Below, piece after piece: positions 15,275-34,549 of a stretch of 64,000 nt of DNA. The notes below the pieces were generated by a model. The model had not been told where the DNA came from. It was given only the letters and a program-made list of their open reading frames with translations, and searched no databases. The DNA is from Chrysomallon squamiferum (taxonomy: Eukaryota; Animalia; Mollusca), in NCBI GenBank assembly GCA_012295275.1, contig CM022676.1:11346001-11410000 (forward strand). The letters run 5' to 3'. Position numbers and translations under genes: made by a program. The stretch's first letter is position 1; each line of letters starts with the position of its first letter.

Positions 15275-16439
15275 CGTGTGTGTGTATTTTTGCATTAATC
15301 AGTGTGTGGTTCGTGTGATCTCTTCACAAAACTGATAATTAGAATATTCCACACAGCACTGAACTCAGTTTTCATCACAAATCGAACATTTTGTCAACAC
15401 TGTTGATTGGAGAATAGACTTCATATCGAATATCTTTTTCCTTATTTAATAGCTTTAATTTAATTTAATTTAATTTAATTTAATTTAATTTATTTTAATT
15501 TTATTTAATTTTATTTGTTTGTTTTAGGCTATAATTATAGCCAGTAAGTAAACATTCAGCTCGTATATAAGATGATACCAAACCTGGAATATGATTCCTT
15601 AAAATATTGGAGATCGTCAAAATGCAATACGGAATTGATATCTTTAGTTTTTCGTGAGAGTTTTGTTTATTTGACAAACTGATTAATCACTAGTTCATTT
15701 CAAATCCTGCTTGTGTTTTTTGCTGTCTTTTACTCCTTCTTCATAGAGAATTCTTTCTGATTACGTCTTCAGTGACTTCCTTCCCCGTCTGCGTAGACAC
15801 ATTAATTGTCACGTGTTGTCACTACCTGTAAATCTCTCACACGTAACTAACGAGCATTTAAAACCTGCTTGTTTTTAATGTTTTGTAATTCAAAAGTAAA
15901 ATACTTAATACTCACTGTCTCGTTTTTACTAATATTTTCACTGCACTCTGTAGTATGTTGTTTTATTCATTGTCTCAGTGTTTTCTTATTCAGTGTAGAG
16001 AAATGTTTATATGAACAGTGTTACATCACAATGCAGTTTATCAGTTTGTAAAACACGACACAGACAAACCAGTTATTGATTAAAAAAACTGAACAAACCA
16101 CACAATGAAATAAAGATTAAAATTCTAACTGTTGTCTTTTCTCTACTCGTCATGCCATACAAACAAAAACAACAGACGTTCAGACGAACAGTGAAATATT
16201 GACGAATGAATACACAAACTGCTGCAGATATTAGTATTATATTTATTGCTTTGTTTGTTTTGTTTATTGTTCTTATTCTTTATTCAGTTATTTTCCTTTA
16301 ATTATTTAAAAATAATATCACATTTTCAAAATTGTCACACTCAATAGTTTTGTATTAAGCAGCTTTGGTTTGTGTTAAATAAGATATTTATTTCTATAAT
16401 TTATCTCCGTCATCCTTTTTCTTAGATTTACTAATACTG

Positions 16440-17163
16440 ATGTTGTTATTGATATTACTGTTATTGTTGTTATTGATGTAACTGTTATTGTTGTTATTGA
16501 TGTAACTGTTATTGTTGTTATTGATATAACTGTTATTGTTGTTATTGATATAACTGTTATTGTTGTTATTGATATAACTGTTATTGTTGTTATTGATATA
16601 ACTGTTATTGTTGTTATTGATATAACTGTTATTGTTGTTGTCGATATAACTGTTATTGTTGTTATCGATGTAACTGTTATTGTTGTTATCGATGTAACTG
16701 TTATTGTTGTTATCGATGTAACTGTTATTGTTGTTATCGATCTAACTGTTATTGTTGTTATTGATATAACTATTATTGTTGTTATTCATGTAACTGTTAT
16801 TGTTGTTATTGATGTAACTGTTATTGTTGTTATTGATATAACTGTTATTGTTGTTGTTGTTGTGGAAGGAAAAGTCAGTGATACACACTGAACACTAACT
16901 GTTGTTGTTGTTGTGGTTGATGTAACTGTTACTGTTGTTATTGATATAACTGTTATTGTTGTTATTGATGTAACTGTTATTGTTGTTATTGATGTAACTG
17001 TTATTGTTGTTATTGATGTAACTGTTGTTGTTGTTGTTCTTGTTGTGGAAGGAAAAGTCAGTGATACACACTGAACACTAACTGTTGTTGTTGTTGTTGT
17101 TGATGTAACTGTTGTTGTTGTTGTTGTGGAAGGAAAAGTCAGTGATGTACACTGAACACTAAC
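16440..17163. repeat. Short paralogue of the compound minisatellite: 21-bp TTATTGTTGTTATTGATRTAAC-type run plus 3 cores
   Basis: Same core and flanks as 3485-12113. Confidence 0.9.
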
Positions 17164-17462
17164 GCAGGTGTGACCAGTACGAGAATCTTGTCTTTGTTTA
17201 ACACAAAACCAGGTTATCTGTGAAACTGTGTTTTCTTCACGTATGTTAACTAGAGATATTTTATTAATGTACTAAATTTTATAGGTACGTAATCTTTATG
17301 TTATCTAGTTTCTATGTATAAAATACATAAAATAACGAAAATAATAATAAATATGAATTACTCATTATAATCCGTAAAGAAACTTGGTTCGACTGACGAT
17401 ATAAGCACATAAATAAAGTTCTGTTCGAACATGCGTAGTACTCTTTGACAGGACAATACTCG

Positions 17463-20400
17463 AACACGAACTTTTAACAGCAGTTTTTAAATTGTAAAGT
17501 CAGTCAGTTAGTTGTAAGATATGGACACTCCACGGTGACAGTCTAACACTGCTTAACACGAACTTTTAACAGCAGTTTTTAAATTGTAAAGTCAGACAGT
17601 TAGTTGTAAGATATGACACTCCACTGTGACAGTCTAACAATGCTTAACACGAACTTTTAACAGCAGTTTTTAAATTGTAAAGTCAGTCAGTTAGTTGTAA
17701 GATATGACACTCCACTGTGACAGTCTAACACTGCTTAACACGAACCTTTAACAGCAGTTTTTAAATTGTAAAGTCAGTCAGTTAGTTGTAAGATATGACA
17801 CTCCACTGTGACAGTCTAACACTGCTTAACACGAACTTTTAACAGCAGTTTTTAAATTGTAAAGTCAGTCAGTTAGTTGTAAGATATGACACTCCACTGT
17901 GACAGTCTAACACTGCTTAACACGAACTTTTAACAGCAGTTTTTAAATTGTAAAGTCAGTCAGTTAGTTGCAAGATATGACACTCCACTGTGACAGTCTA
18001 ACACTGCTTAACACGAACCTTTAACAGCAGTTTTTAAATTGTAAAGTCAGACAGTTAGTTGTAAGATATGACAGTCCACTGTGACAGTCTAACACTGCTT
18101 AACACGAACTTTTAACAGCAGTTTTTAAATTGTAAAGTCAGTCAGTTAGTTGTAAGATATCACACTCCACTGTGACAGAGTAACACTGCTGAACACGAAC
18201 TTTTAACAGCAGTTTTTAAATTGTAAAGTCAGTCAGTTAGTTGTAAGATATGACACTCCACTGTGACAGAGTAACACTGCTGAACACGAACTTTTAACAG
18301 CAGTTTTTAAATTGTAAAGTCAGTCAGTTAGTTGTAAGATATGACACTCCACTGTGACAGTCTAACACTGCTTAACACGAACTTTTAACAGCAATTTTTA
18401 AATTGTAAAGTCAGTCTGTTAGTTGTAAGATATGACACTCCACTGTGACAGACTAACACTGCTTAACACGAACTTTTAACAGCAGTTTCTAAATTGTAAA
18501 GTCAGACAGTTAGTTGTAAGATATGACACTCCACTGTGACAGTCTAACACTGCTTAACACGAACTTTTAACAGCAGTTTTTAAATTGTAAAGTCAGTCAG
18601 TTAGTTGTAAGATACGACACTCCACTGTGACAGTCTAACACTGCCTAACACGAACTTTTAACAGCAGTTTTGAAATTGTAAAGTCAGACAGTTAGTTGTA
18701 AGATATGGTCATTCCACTGTGACAGTCTAACACTGCTTAACACGAACTTTTAACAGCAGTTTTTAAATTGTAAAGTCAGTCAGTTAGTTGTAAGATACGA
18801 CACTCCACTGTGACAGTCTAACACTGCTTAACACAAACTTTTAACAGCAGTTTTTAAATTGTAAAGTCAGTCAGTTAGTTGTAAGATACGACACTCCACT
18901 GTGACAGTCTAACACTGCTTAACACGAACTTTTAACAGCAGTTTTTAAATTGTAAAGTCAGACAGTTAGTTGTAAGATATGGTCATTCCACTGTGACAGT
19001 CTAACACTGCTTAACACGAACTTTTAACAGCAGTTTTTAAATTGTAAAGTCAGTCAGTTAGTTGTAAGATATGACACTCCACTGTGACAGTCTAACACTG
19101 CTTAACACGAACCTTTAACAGCAGTTTTTAAATTGTAAAGTCAGTCAGTTAGTTGTAAGATATGACACTCCACTGTGACAGTCTAACACTGCTTAACACG
19201 AAATTTTAACGGTAGTTTTTAAATTGTAAAGTCAGACAGTTAGTTGTAAGATATGACACTCCACTGTGACAGTCTAACACTGCTTAACACGAACTTTTAA
19301 CAGCAGTTTTTAAATTGTAAAGTCAGTCAGTTAGTTGTAAGATATGACACTCCACTGTGACAGTCTAACACTGCTTTTAACACGAACCTTTAACAGCAGT
19401 TTTTAAATTGTAAAGTCAGTCAGTTAGTTGTAAGATATGACACTCCACTGTGACAGTCTAACACTGCTTAACACGAAATTTTAACAGTAGTTTTTAAATT
19501 GTAAAGTCAGACAGTTAGTTGTAAGATATGACACTCCACTGTGACAGTCTAACACTGCTTAACACGAACTTTTAACAGCAGTTTTTAAATTGTAAAGTGA
19601 GTCAGTTAGTTGTAAGATATGACACTCCACTGTGACAGTCTAACACTGCTTAACACGAACTTTTAACAGCAGTTTTTAAATTGTAAAGTCAGTCAGTTAG
19701 TTGTAAGATATGACACTTCACTGTGACAGTCTAACACTGCTTAACACGAACTTTTAACAGCAGTTTTTAAATTGTAAAGTCAGTCAGTTAGTTGTAAGAT
19801 ATGACACTCCACTGTGACAGTCTAACACTGCTTAACACGAACCTTTAACAGCAGTTTTTAAATTGTAAAGTCAGACAGTTAGTTGTAAGATATAACACTC
19901 CACTGTGACAGTCTAACACTGCTTAACACGAACTTTTAACAGCAGTTTTTAAATTGTAAAGTCAGTCAGTTAGTTGTAAGATATGACACTCCACTGTGAC
20001 AGTCTAACACTGCTTAACACGAACTTTTAACAGCAGTTTTTAAATTGTAAAGTCAGTCTGTTAGTTGTAAGATATGACACTCCACTGTGACAGACTAACA
20101 CTGCTTAACACGAACTTTTAACCGCAGTTTTTAAGTTGTAAAGTCAGTCAGTTAGTTGTAAGATATGACACTCCACTGTGACAGTGTAACACTGCTTAAC
20201 ACGAACTTTCAACAGCAGTTTTTAAATTGTAAAGTCAGTCAGTTAGTTGTAAGATATGACACTCCACTGTGACAGTCTAACACTGCTTAACACGAGCTTT
20301 TAACAGCAGTTTTTAAATTGTAAAGTCAGTCAGTTAGTTGTAAGATATGACACTCCACTGTGACAGTCTAACACTGCTTAACACGAACTTTTAACAGCAG

Positions 20401-22204
20401 TTTTTAAATTGTAAAGTCAGTCAGTTAGTTGTAAGATACGACACTCCACTGTGACAGTCTAACACTGCTTAACACGAACTTTTAACAGCAGTTTTTAAAT
20501 TGTAAAGTCAGACAGTTAGTTGTAAGATATGGTCATTCCACTGTGACAGTCTAACACTGCTTAACACGAACTTTTAACAGCAGTTTTTAAATTGTAAAAT
20601 CAGTCAGTTAGTTGAAAGATATGGTCATTCCACTGTGACAGTCTAACACTGCTTAACACGAACTTTTAACAGCAGTTTTTAAATTGTAAAGTCAGTCAGT
20701 TAGTTGTAAGATATGACACTCCACTGTGACAGTCTAACACTGCTTAACACGAACTTTTAACAGCAGTTTTTAAATTGTAAAGTCAGTCAGTTAGTTGTTA
20801 GATATGACACTCCACTTTGACAGTCTAACACTGCTTAACACGAACTTTTAACAGCAGTTTTTAAATTGTAAAGTCAGTCAGTTAGTTGTAAGATATGACA
20901 CTCCACTGTGACAGTCTAACACTGCTTAACACGAACTTTTAACAGCAGTTTTTAAATTGTAAAGTCAGTCAGTTAGTTGTAAGATATGGACACTCCACTG
21001 TGACAGTCTAACACTGCTTAACACGAACTTTTAACAGCAGTTTTTAAATTGTAAAGTGAGACAGTTAGTTGTAAGATATGACACTCCACTGTGATAGTCT
21101 AACACTGCTTAACACGAACTTTTAACATCAGTTTTTAAATTGTAAAGTCAGTCAGTTAGTTGTAAGATATGGACACTCCACTGTGACAGTCTAACACTGC
21201 TTAACACGAACTTTCAACAGCAGTTTTTAAATTGTAAAGTCAGACAGTTAGTTGTAAGATATGACATTCCACTGTGACAGTCTAACACTGCTTAACACGA
21301 ACTTTTAACAGCAGTTTTTAAATTGTAAAATCAGTCAGTTAGTTGAAAGATATGGTCATTCCACTGTGACAGTCTAACACTGCTTAACACGAACTTTTAA
21401 CAGCAGTTTTTAAATTGTAAAGTCAGTCAGTTAGTTGTAAGATATGACACTCCACTGTGACAGTCTAACACTGCTTAACACGAACTTTTAACAGCAGTTT
21501 TTAAATTGTAAAGTCAGTCAGTTAGTTGTTAGATATGACACTCCACTTTGACAGTCTAACACTGCTTAACACGAACTTTTAACAGCAGTTTTTAAATTGT
21601 AAAGTCAGTCAGTTAGTTGTAAGATATGACACTCCACTGTGACAGTCTAACACTGCTTAACACGAACTTTTAACAGCAGTTTTTAAATTGTAAAGTCAGT
21701 CAGTTAGTTGTAAGATATGGACACTCCACTTTGACAGTCTAACACTGCTTAACACGAACTTTTAACAGCAGTTTTAAATTGTAAAGTGAGACAGTTAGTT
21801 GTAAGATATGACACTCCACTGTGATAGTCTAACACTGCTTAACACGAACTTTTAACATCAGTTTTAAATTGTAAAGTCAGTCAGTTAGTTGTAAGATATG
21901 GACACTCCACTGTGACAGTCTAACACTGCTTAACACGAACTTTCAACAGCAGTTTTTAAATTGTAAAGTCAGACAGTTAGTTGTAAGATATGACATTCCA
22001 CTGTGACAGTCTAACACTGCTTAACACGAACTTTTAACAGCAGTTTTTAAATTGTAAAGTCAGACAGTTAGTTGTAACATATGACACTCCACTGTGACAG
22101 TCTAACACTGCTTAACACGAACTTTTAACAGCAGTTTTTAAATTGTAAAGTCAGTTAGTTAGTTGTAAGATATGACACTCCACTGTGACAGTCTAACACT
22201 GCTT
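17463..22204. repeat. 91-bp tandem satellite, about 52 copies (AACACGAACTTTTAACAGCAGTTTTTAAATTGTAAAGTCAGTCAGTTAGTTGTAAGATATGACACTCCACTGTGACAGTCTAACACTGCTT)
   Basis: Period measured at 17555, 17646 and 17737; highly homogeneous. Confidence 0.97.
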
Positions 22205-22355
22205 TGAAAACTGTTCATTCCATGGATTCGCTTTTCTCTTCGATTTCGCGGTTTTCGCAGGAATCTTGTAACTTCTGGATCAGAGTAAAAGTTCATCTTG
22301 TTCTTTTGGGAAGCGAAAACCCTCCGCATTCAGACGACAGCGGCTCCATTTGATG

Positions 22356-22570
22356 ATATAAAAATAAGCATAAACATAAACATAAACATAAATATAAACA
22401 AAAATAAAAATATAAACAAAAATATAAATATAAACATAAACATAATCATAAACATAAACATAAACGTAAACGTAAACGTAAATATAAACATAAACATAAA
22501 CATAAACGTAAACATAAACGTAAACATAAACTAAAATATAAACATGAACCTAAACCTCAACATAAATACA
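22356..22570. repeat. (AAACAT)n-type hexamer microsatellite; paralogues at about 29307-29516 and 36162-36372
   Basis: Directly visible. Confidence 0.9.
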
Positions 22571-23258
22571 TTTTAACAAAATAACTTGATTTTCTCGTGA
22601 CCAATTCCGTCTTTAATTACTTTGACTCAGATTTCAACAAAATCGTAAATAATTTAGTTTATTTTATTTCGTTTTATATTATAAGACAATATATTCCGTA
22701 TGTAAATAAATAATTCAAACTGTACTCCTGTTGATGTGTTGTTTATCAAGTGCAAATATATATATTATGACAAAGAACACTTTAAGTATTTTATATGTTT
22801 ACAAGCACATATACACATGGATGCAAAGTTGTATTAGGACACACTTATTTACTAATAATAGTTAAGAAAAAAGCTACAATTATAATAACACAACAAAATA
22901 TTTCATTTAATAGTCTTGAAATTTCTTTGTGGTAATAGTGTTATATTTAAGAATAGTCACAGTGGTGGTAGTTTTATTATTACTAGATGTGGTGTTGTTC
23001 TGATGTCTGTAACAGTAGCTGTGTTCGTACTAGTAGCACTAGTCGTTCTTGTGCATAGTTAAACTTTTACCAACAAAGTGACGTCATTTGTAGTTTTAAG
23101 AATTATAACATCATTTCCATTAGTATTCTAGTTTTAAGAACCCTGACGTTTTTAATATGAATAATAGTCATATTGAAATACTATGTTATTTCTCTGAATA
23201 TTACTAGAGAGGAGACAATATGACGTAATTTCTATAAGCAGCGCTTTGTGACGTCATT

Positions 23259-25104
<1,846 letters not shown>

Positions 25105-25713
25105 CGTACACTGACAGTTAAAAACAGCTGAAATGAAAGTTTATTTCTAAATAACAAGATAATAAAATTAGTAATTTTAACACCAATGAATCAATCCTAT
25201 AGAATAAGTTCGAGTCGGACGATTTTAAAATGGTGAATACAACAAGCACTGAACGTTGGCAAATTAACAGATATGATTGATTTATATAGTGTTAGTGTGT
25301 GTATGTGTGTGTGGTAATCAATATGTGACTCGTGTGATCTCTTGACAAAGCAAACAGAATATTCAACGGAACACGCAATTTGCCAGAAATCCAACATTTT
25401 GTCAACAGTGTAGAATAGAAAATAAATTTCATATCTAATGTTTCTATCTTTCTTTCTTCATACGAAAACGAAATAAAAGTCATTTAATTGTTGTTGTTGT
25501 TTTTTTGAAACGACAGTTCTTACATTTTGTTTAGTGACAGTTTTTTTTGTTCTACAAATTGATTAATCACTGGTTCATGTTTTAGGTGTCTCAGCGGGTG
25601 AGTTGAATTCGAAACACGGAAACGTGAAATCGAAGACACTGATATTCAACACTGAACAAAACAAAAATTAAAACTGCTATTCATTACAGATAAGAAACAC
25701 GAGACAGACAGAC

Positions 25714-25814
<101 letters not shown>

Positions 25815-26359
25815 AACAATTGTTATGTCATATAAAAATGAATTTCATTTTTAATGGTGATATTAATTTATTAATCCAGTCACTTTCTTTGTTTCATCAT
25901 CTTCTTCGCTTGGAAGATTATTACTTTTAAGTAGAATTTTTTTCTCATAATTTCTTTGACTGGAACTTCATTCTGTTACTGGAGTATCAATTAATAACGA
26001 CGATGACGACTACAACAGTGAACGTTGTGGTTGTTTACTTTGTTACCTATATTTTTAGGATTAATAATTTACAATAAGGTATTTTTGCCATGATACATTT
26101 TGCTGAAAACAATTTTGGGAAAATAGTGTTTTTAAATATTCTTTTCTCATTTCGCGTGTGTTTCTGTATTTCATTGTTTATTTTCAAGGAACTGAATTTA
26201 GTCAACATTTAGAATGAAGTATCACCGGGTGCAGGATCGAATCACTTGGGTTGTTTAGATAAAATCAAACAGTGTTTTGTAATTGTTGTTAGATGTTTTC
26301 TTTTCTTTTTAATGAAAAACTGAATCCTAGAAAACACGGAATATACGTATGTATCTATG

Positions 26360-26390
<31 letters not shown>

Positions 26391-27799
26391 ATGTGTATGT
26401 ATGTATGTATGTATGTATGTATGTATATATGCATGTATGTATGTATGTATGTTTGTTTGTATGTATGTATGTATGTTTGTATGTATGTATGTATGTATGT
26501 TTGTATGTATGTATATGTATGTATGTATGTATGTATATATGTATGTATGTACGTATGTACGTATGTATGTTTGTATGTATGTTTGTTTTATTGAACTGAG
26601 AAGCACCAGGGATATATTCGTTTGTACTGAATCGAAAAAGCAGCTAATATTTTATTTTTTTATATATTCTTTTTTTTTTTTTTTTTTTTTGAAAGAACAA
26701 AAAAATAATGTCGATACGTGTCAGACATAGAAATTTTCAAAAACACAAAAAACTGGACAGATGAAAAACACAACTGAACATGAATAATACATATGTTATT
26801 TTTTGTACAGTAAATTATTGTTATGTTGTACCTGCATCCAGTCAACTGTGTTTTGTCAGTACAATAAAATATTTATTTCACACACTGAAGTTTTTTCAAT
26901 TTTCTCTTTCAGTCATATTTTTAAAACTTTCTTTTTCTGAATCGTTATTTTTTTTATGACATTTATTCCTTTTTTTAAGGAGAATTCTTGTAAATTTTGT
27001 CTTTCTCATTACTAGGACTTCTTTACTGATTTCCGTTCGTGTCTATGTAAAAATGTTAATTGTCACCATGTTTTCAATATCTGTATTATATGTTATGTCA
27101 CACGCAACTAATGTGTATATGTTTAATATCTGCTTAATATTGTAAACATTTAGTTCACAGGTAAACTATTTAACAAAACACTCACTGTCTTTTTTTTTAA
27201 TACTATCTTTACTGTACTCTGTAATATTTTGGGTTTTCATGTTTCTTTTAGTGTTTTGTTGTTCGGTGTAGAGAACTGTTTCTATGAACAGTGACATAAA
27301 ACAATACAGTTTATCAGTTTGTAAAACACGACACAGACAAACCAGTTATTGATTAAAAAAAACTTAACAAACTATACAATGAAATAAAAATAAAAATTCT
27401 AACTGTTGTCTTTTCTCTACTCGTCATGGCATACAAACAAAAACAACAGACGTTCAGACGAACAGTGAAATATTGACGAATGAATATACAAACTGGTGTA
27501 GTTATTTTTATTTTCATTACGAAGCTGATAAATTATTTACTGTTTTTTTTTATTAATTTATTATTTTTATTCTATATTCAGTTATTTTACTTTAGTTATT
27601 TTAAAATAATATCACATTTTCAAAATGGTCACATTCAATAGTTTTGTGTTATGCAGCTTTGGAGAGTGTTAAATACGATATTTATTTCTATAATTTATCA
27701 TCCTTTTTCTTAGACTTATTGATACTGATATTGTTATTGATATTGATATTCTTATTGATACTGATATTCTTATTGATACTGATATTCTTATTGATACTC

Positions 27800-28218
27800 A
27801 TATTGTTATTGATATAACTGTTATTGTTGTTATTGATATAACTGTTATTGTTGTTATTAATGTAACTGTTATTGTTGTTATTGATAAAACTGTTATTGTT
27901 TTTATTGATATAACTGTTATTGTTGTTATTGATGTAACTGTTATTGTTGTTATTGATGTAACTGTTATTGTTGTTATTGATCTAACTGTTATTGTTGTTA
28001 TGTAACTGTTATTGTTGTTATTGACATAACTGTTATTGTTGTTATTGATGTAACTGTTATTGTTGTTATTGATGTAACTGTTGTTGTTGTTGTTGTTGTT
28101 GTGGAAGGAAAAGTCACTGATACACACTGAACACTAACTTTTGTTGTTGTTGTTGTTGATGTAACTGCTGTTGTTGTTGTTGTGGAAGGAAAAGTCAGTG
28201 ATATACACTGAACACTAA
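27800..28218. repeat. Short paralogue of the compound minisatellite (2 cores)
   Basis: Same core and right flank AACGCAGGTGTGACCAGTACGAG as 17160. Confidence 0.9.
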
Positions 28219-28518
28219 CGCAGGTGTGACCAGTACGAGAATCTCGTCTTTGTTTAACACAAAACTCGGTTATCTATGAAACTGTGTTTTATCCACGTAT
28301 GTTAACTAAAGATATTTTATTAATGTACTAAATTTTATAAGAACGTAATCTTTATATTATCTAGTTTCTATGTGCAAAATACATAAAATAACGAAAATAA
28401 TAATAAATATGTATTCCTAATTATAATCCGTAAAGAAACTTGGTTCAACTGACGATATAAGCAAATAAATAAAGTTCTGTTCGATCATGCGTAGTACTCT
28501 TTGACAGGAGAACACGCG

Positions 28519-29156
28519 AACACAAACTTTTAACAGCAGTTTTTAAATTGTAAAGTCAGACAGTTAGTTGTAAGATATGACACTCCACTGTGACAGTCTA
28601 ACACTGCTTAACACGAACTTTTAACAGCAGTTTTTAAATTGTAAAGTCAGTCAGTTAGTTGTAAGGTATGGACACTCCACTGTGACAGTCTAACACTGCT
28701 TAACACGAACTTTTAACAGCAGTTTTTAAATTGTAAAATCAGACAGTTAGTTGTAAGATATGACACTCCACTGTGACAGTCTAACACTGCTTAACACGAA
28801 CTTTTAACAGCAGTTTTTAAATTGTAAAGTCAGTCAGTTAGTTGTAAGATATGACACTCCACTGTGACAGTCTAACACTGCTTAACACGAACTTTTAACA
28901 GCAGTTTTTAAATTGTAAAGTCAGTCAGTTAGTTGTAAGATATGACACTCCACTGTGACAGTCTAACACTGCTTAACACGAACTTTTAACAGCAGTTTTT
29001 AAATTGTAATGTCAGTCAGTTAGTTGTAAGATATGACACTCCACTGTGACAGTCTAACACTGCTTAACACAAACTTTTAACAGCAATTTTTAAATTGTAA
29101 AGTCAGTCAGTTAGTTGTAAGATATGACACTCCACTGTGACAGTCTAACACTGCTT
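28519..29156. repeat. 91-bp satellite, 7 copies
   Basis: Same unit and flanks as 17463-22204. Confidence 0.95.
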
Positions 29157-29904
29157 TGAAAACTGTTCATTCCATGGATTCGCTTTTCTCTTCGATTTCG
29201 CTGTTTTCGCAGGAATCTTGTAACTTCTGGATCAGAGTAAAAGTTCAACTTGTTCTTTTGGGTAGCGAAAACCCGCCGCATGCAGACGACAGCGGTTCCA
29301 TTTGATGAACATAAACATAAACATAAACATAAACGTAAATATAAACATAAACATAAACATAAACATAATCATAAACGTAAACATAATCATAAACAAAAAC
29401 GTAAACACAAACATATATATAAACAGAAATATAAATATAAACATAAACATAAACATAAACGTAAACGTAAACATAAACTAAAATATAAACATGAACATAA
29501 ACGGAAACATAAATACATTTTAACAAAATAAATTGATTTTCCCGTGACCGATTCCGTCTTTAATTACTTTGACTCAGATTTCAACAATATCGTAAATAAT
29601 TTAGTTGCGCTAATTTCAAATAACAACAAAATATATTTTGTATATAAATGAATAGCTCAACCTGTACTTTTTAAATGTGTTATTTATCTAGTGCAAATAT
29701 ATGTATAATTTAGTATCGCAATTTAAAATTGACGAATTTACGTATGGGCACATATACTCATCCATGCAAATCTGCATGTGCACTAATAACAGTTAATCAA
29801 AACCAGCAATTAAAATAACACATCAATACATTTCACATAATAAGTTGCCAATTTCTTTATAGTCAGAGTATTAAATTTTACAATAGTCACACTGTGACGT
29901 CATT

Positions 29905-31862
<1,958 letters not shown>

Positions 31863-32491
31863 CGTACACTGACAGTTAAAAACAGCTGAAATGAAAGTTT
31901 ATTTCTAAATAACAAGATAATAAAATTATTAATTTTAACACCAATGAATCAGTCCTATAGAATAAGTTCGAGTCGGACGATTTTAAAATGGTGAATACAA
32001 CAAGCACTGAAAGTTGGCAAATTAACAGATATGATTGATTTATATAGTGTTAGTGTGTGTATGTGTGTGTGGTAATCAATATGTGACTCGTGTGATCTCT
32101 TGACAAAACAAACAGAATATTCAAAGGAACACGCAATTTGTGTCAGAAATCCAACATTTTGTCAACAGTGTAGAATGGAAAATAAATTTCATATCGAATG
32201 TTTTTTTCTTTCTTTCTTCATACGAAAACGAACTAAAAGTCATTTAATTTTTTTTTTTTTTTTTTTTTATTTATTATTATTATTATTATTTTTTTTTTTT
32301 TGAAGCGACAGTTCTTTTATTTTGTTTAGTGACAGTTTTCTTTGTTTTACAAATTGATTAGTCACTGGTTCATGTTTTAGTTGTCTCAGCAGGTGAGTTA
32401 ATTCAAAACACGGTAATGTGAAATCGAAGACATTGATATTCAACACTGAACAAAAAAAAAATGAAAACTGCTATTCATTACAGATAAGAAA

Positions 32492-32623
<132 letters not shown>

Positions 32624-33175
32624 GTTATGTCATATAAAAATGAATTTCATTTTTAATGTTGATATTAATTTATTAATCCAGTGACTTTCATAGTTTCATC
32701 ATCTTCTTCGCTTGGAAGATTATTACTTTTAAGTAGAAATTTTTGTTTCATAATTTCTTTGACTGGAACTTCATTCTGTTACTGGAGTATCAATTAATAA
32801 CGACGATGACGACTACAACAGTGAACGTTGTGGTTGTTTACTTTGTTACCTATATTTTTAGGATTAATAATTTACAATAAAGTATTTTGCCATGATACAT
32901 TCTGAAGAAAACAATTTCAGGAAAATAGTGTTTTTAAATATTCTTTTCTCATTTCGCGTGTGTTTCTGTATTTCATTGTTTATTTTCAAGGAACTGAATT
33001 TAGTCAACATTTAGAATGAAGTATCACCGGGTGCAGGATCGAATCACTTGGGTTGTTTAGATAAAATCAAACAGTGTTTTGTACTTGTTGTTAGATGTTT
33101 TCTTTTCTTTTTAATGAAAAACTGAATCTTAGAAAAAAAGGAATATATGTATACATATGTACGTATGTATCTATG

Positions 33176-33209
<34 letters not shown>

Positions 33210-34549
33210 TGTATGTATGTATATGTGTATGTATGTATGTATGTATGTATGTATGTATGTATGTATATATGTTTGTTTGTATGTATGTATGTATGTATGT
33301 TTGTTTGTATGTATGTATGTATGTTTGTATGTATGTATATGTATGTATGTATGTATGTATGTATATATGTATGTATGTATGTATGTATGTTTGTATGTAT
33401 GTTTGTGTGTTTCTTTTATTGATCTGAGAAGCACCAGGGATATATTCGTTTGTACTGAATCGAAACAGCAGCTAATATTTTCTTTTTTATATATATATTT
33501 TTTATTATTTTTTATTTCTGAAAGAAAAAAGGAATAATGTCGATACGTGACAGACATAGAATATTTTAAAAAACACAACAAACTGGAGAGATGAAAACAC
33601 AACTGAACATGAATAATACATATGTTATATTTTGTACAGTAAATTATTGTTAAGTTGTACCTGCATCCAGTGAACTGTGTTTTGTCAATTCAATCAAATA
33701 TTTATTTCACACACTGAAGTTTTATCAATTTTCTCTTTCAGTTATATTTTTAAAACTTTCTTTTTCTGAATCGTTATTTTTTTTATGACGTTTACTCCTT
33801 CTTTGTTCAGAATTCTTGTAAATTTTGTCTTCTCATTATTAGGACTTCATTACTGATTTACGTTCGTGTCTATGTAAAAATGTTAATTGTCATCGTGTTT
33901 TCAATATCTGTATTGTATGTTATGTCACACGCAACTAATGTGTATATGTTTAATATCTGCTTAATATTGTAAACATTTAGTTCACAGGTAAACTATTTAA
34001 CAAAACACTCACTGTCTTTTTTTTTTTAATAATATATTTACTGTACCCTGTAATATTTTGGGTTTTAATGTTTCTTTGAGTGTTTTGTTGTTCGGTGTAG
34101 AGAACTGTTTTTTTTTAACAAAGACACAAAACAATACAGTTTATCAGTTTGTAAAAATCAGTTATTGATTAACAAAACTGAACAAACAATACAATGAAAT
34201 AAAGATTAAAATTCTAACTTTTGTCTTTTCTCTACTCGTCATGCTATACAGACAAAAACAACAGACGTTCAGACGAACAGTGAAATATTGACGAATGAAT
34301 ATACAAACTGCAGATATTTTTGTTTTCATTACGAAGTTGATTATTTATTTACTGTTTTTTTTTTTTATTAATTTATTATTCTTATTCTATATTCAGTATT
34401 TTACTTTATTTATTTTAAAATAAATTCACATTTTCAAAATGGTCACATTCAATAGTTTTGTGTTAAGCAGCTTTGGTCTGTGTTAAATAAGATATTTATT
34501 TCTATAATTTATCACCGTCATCCTTTTTCGTAGGCTTGCTGATACTGAT

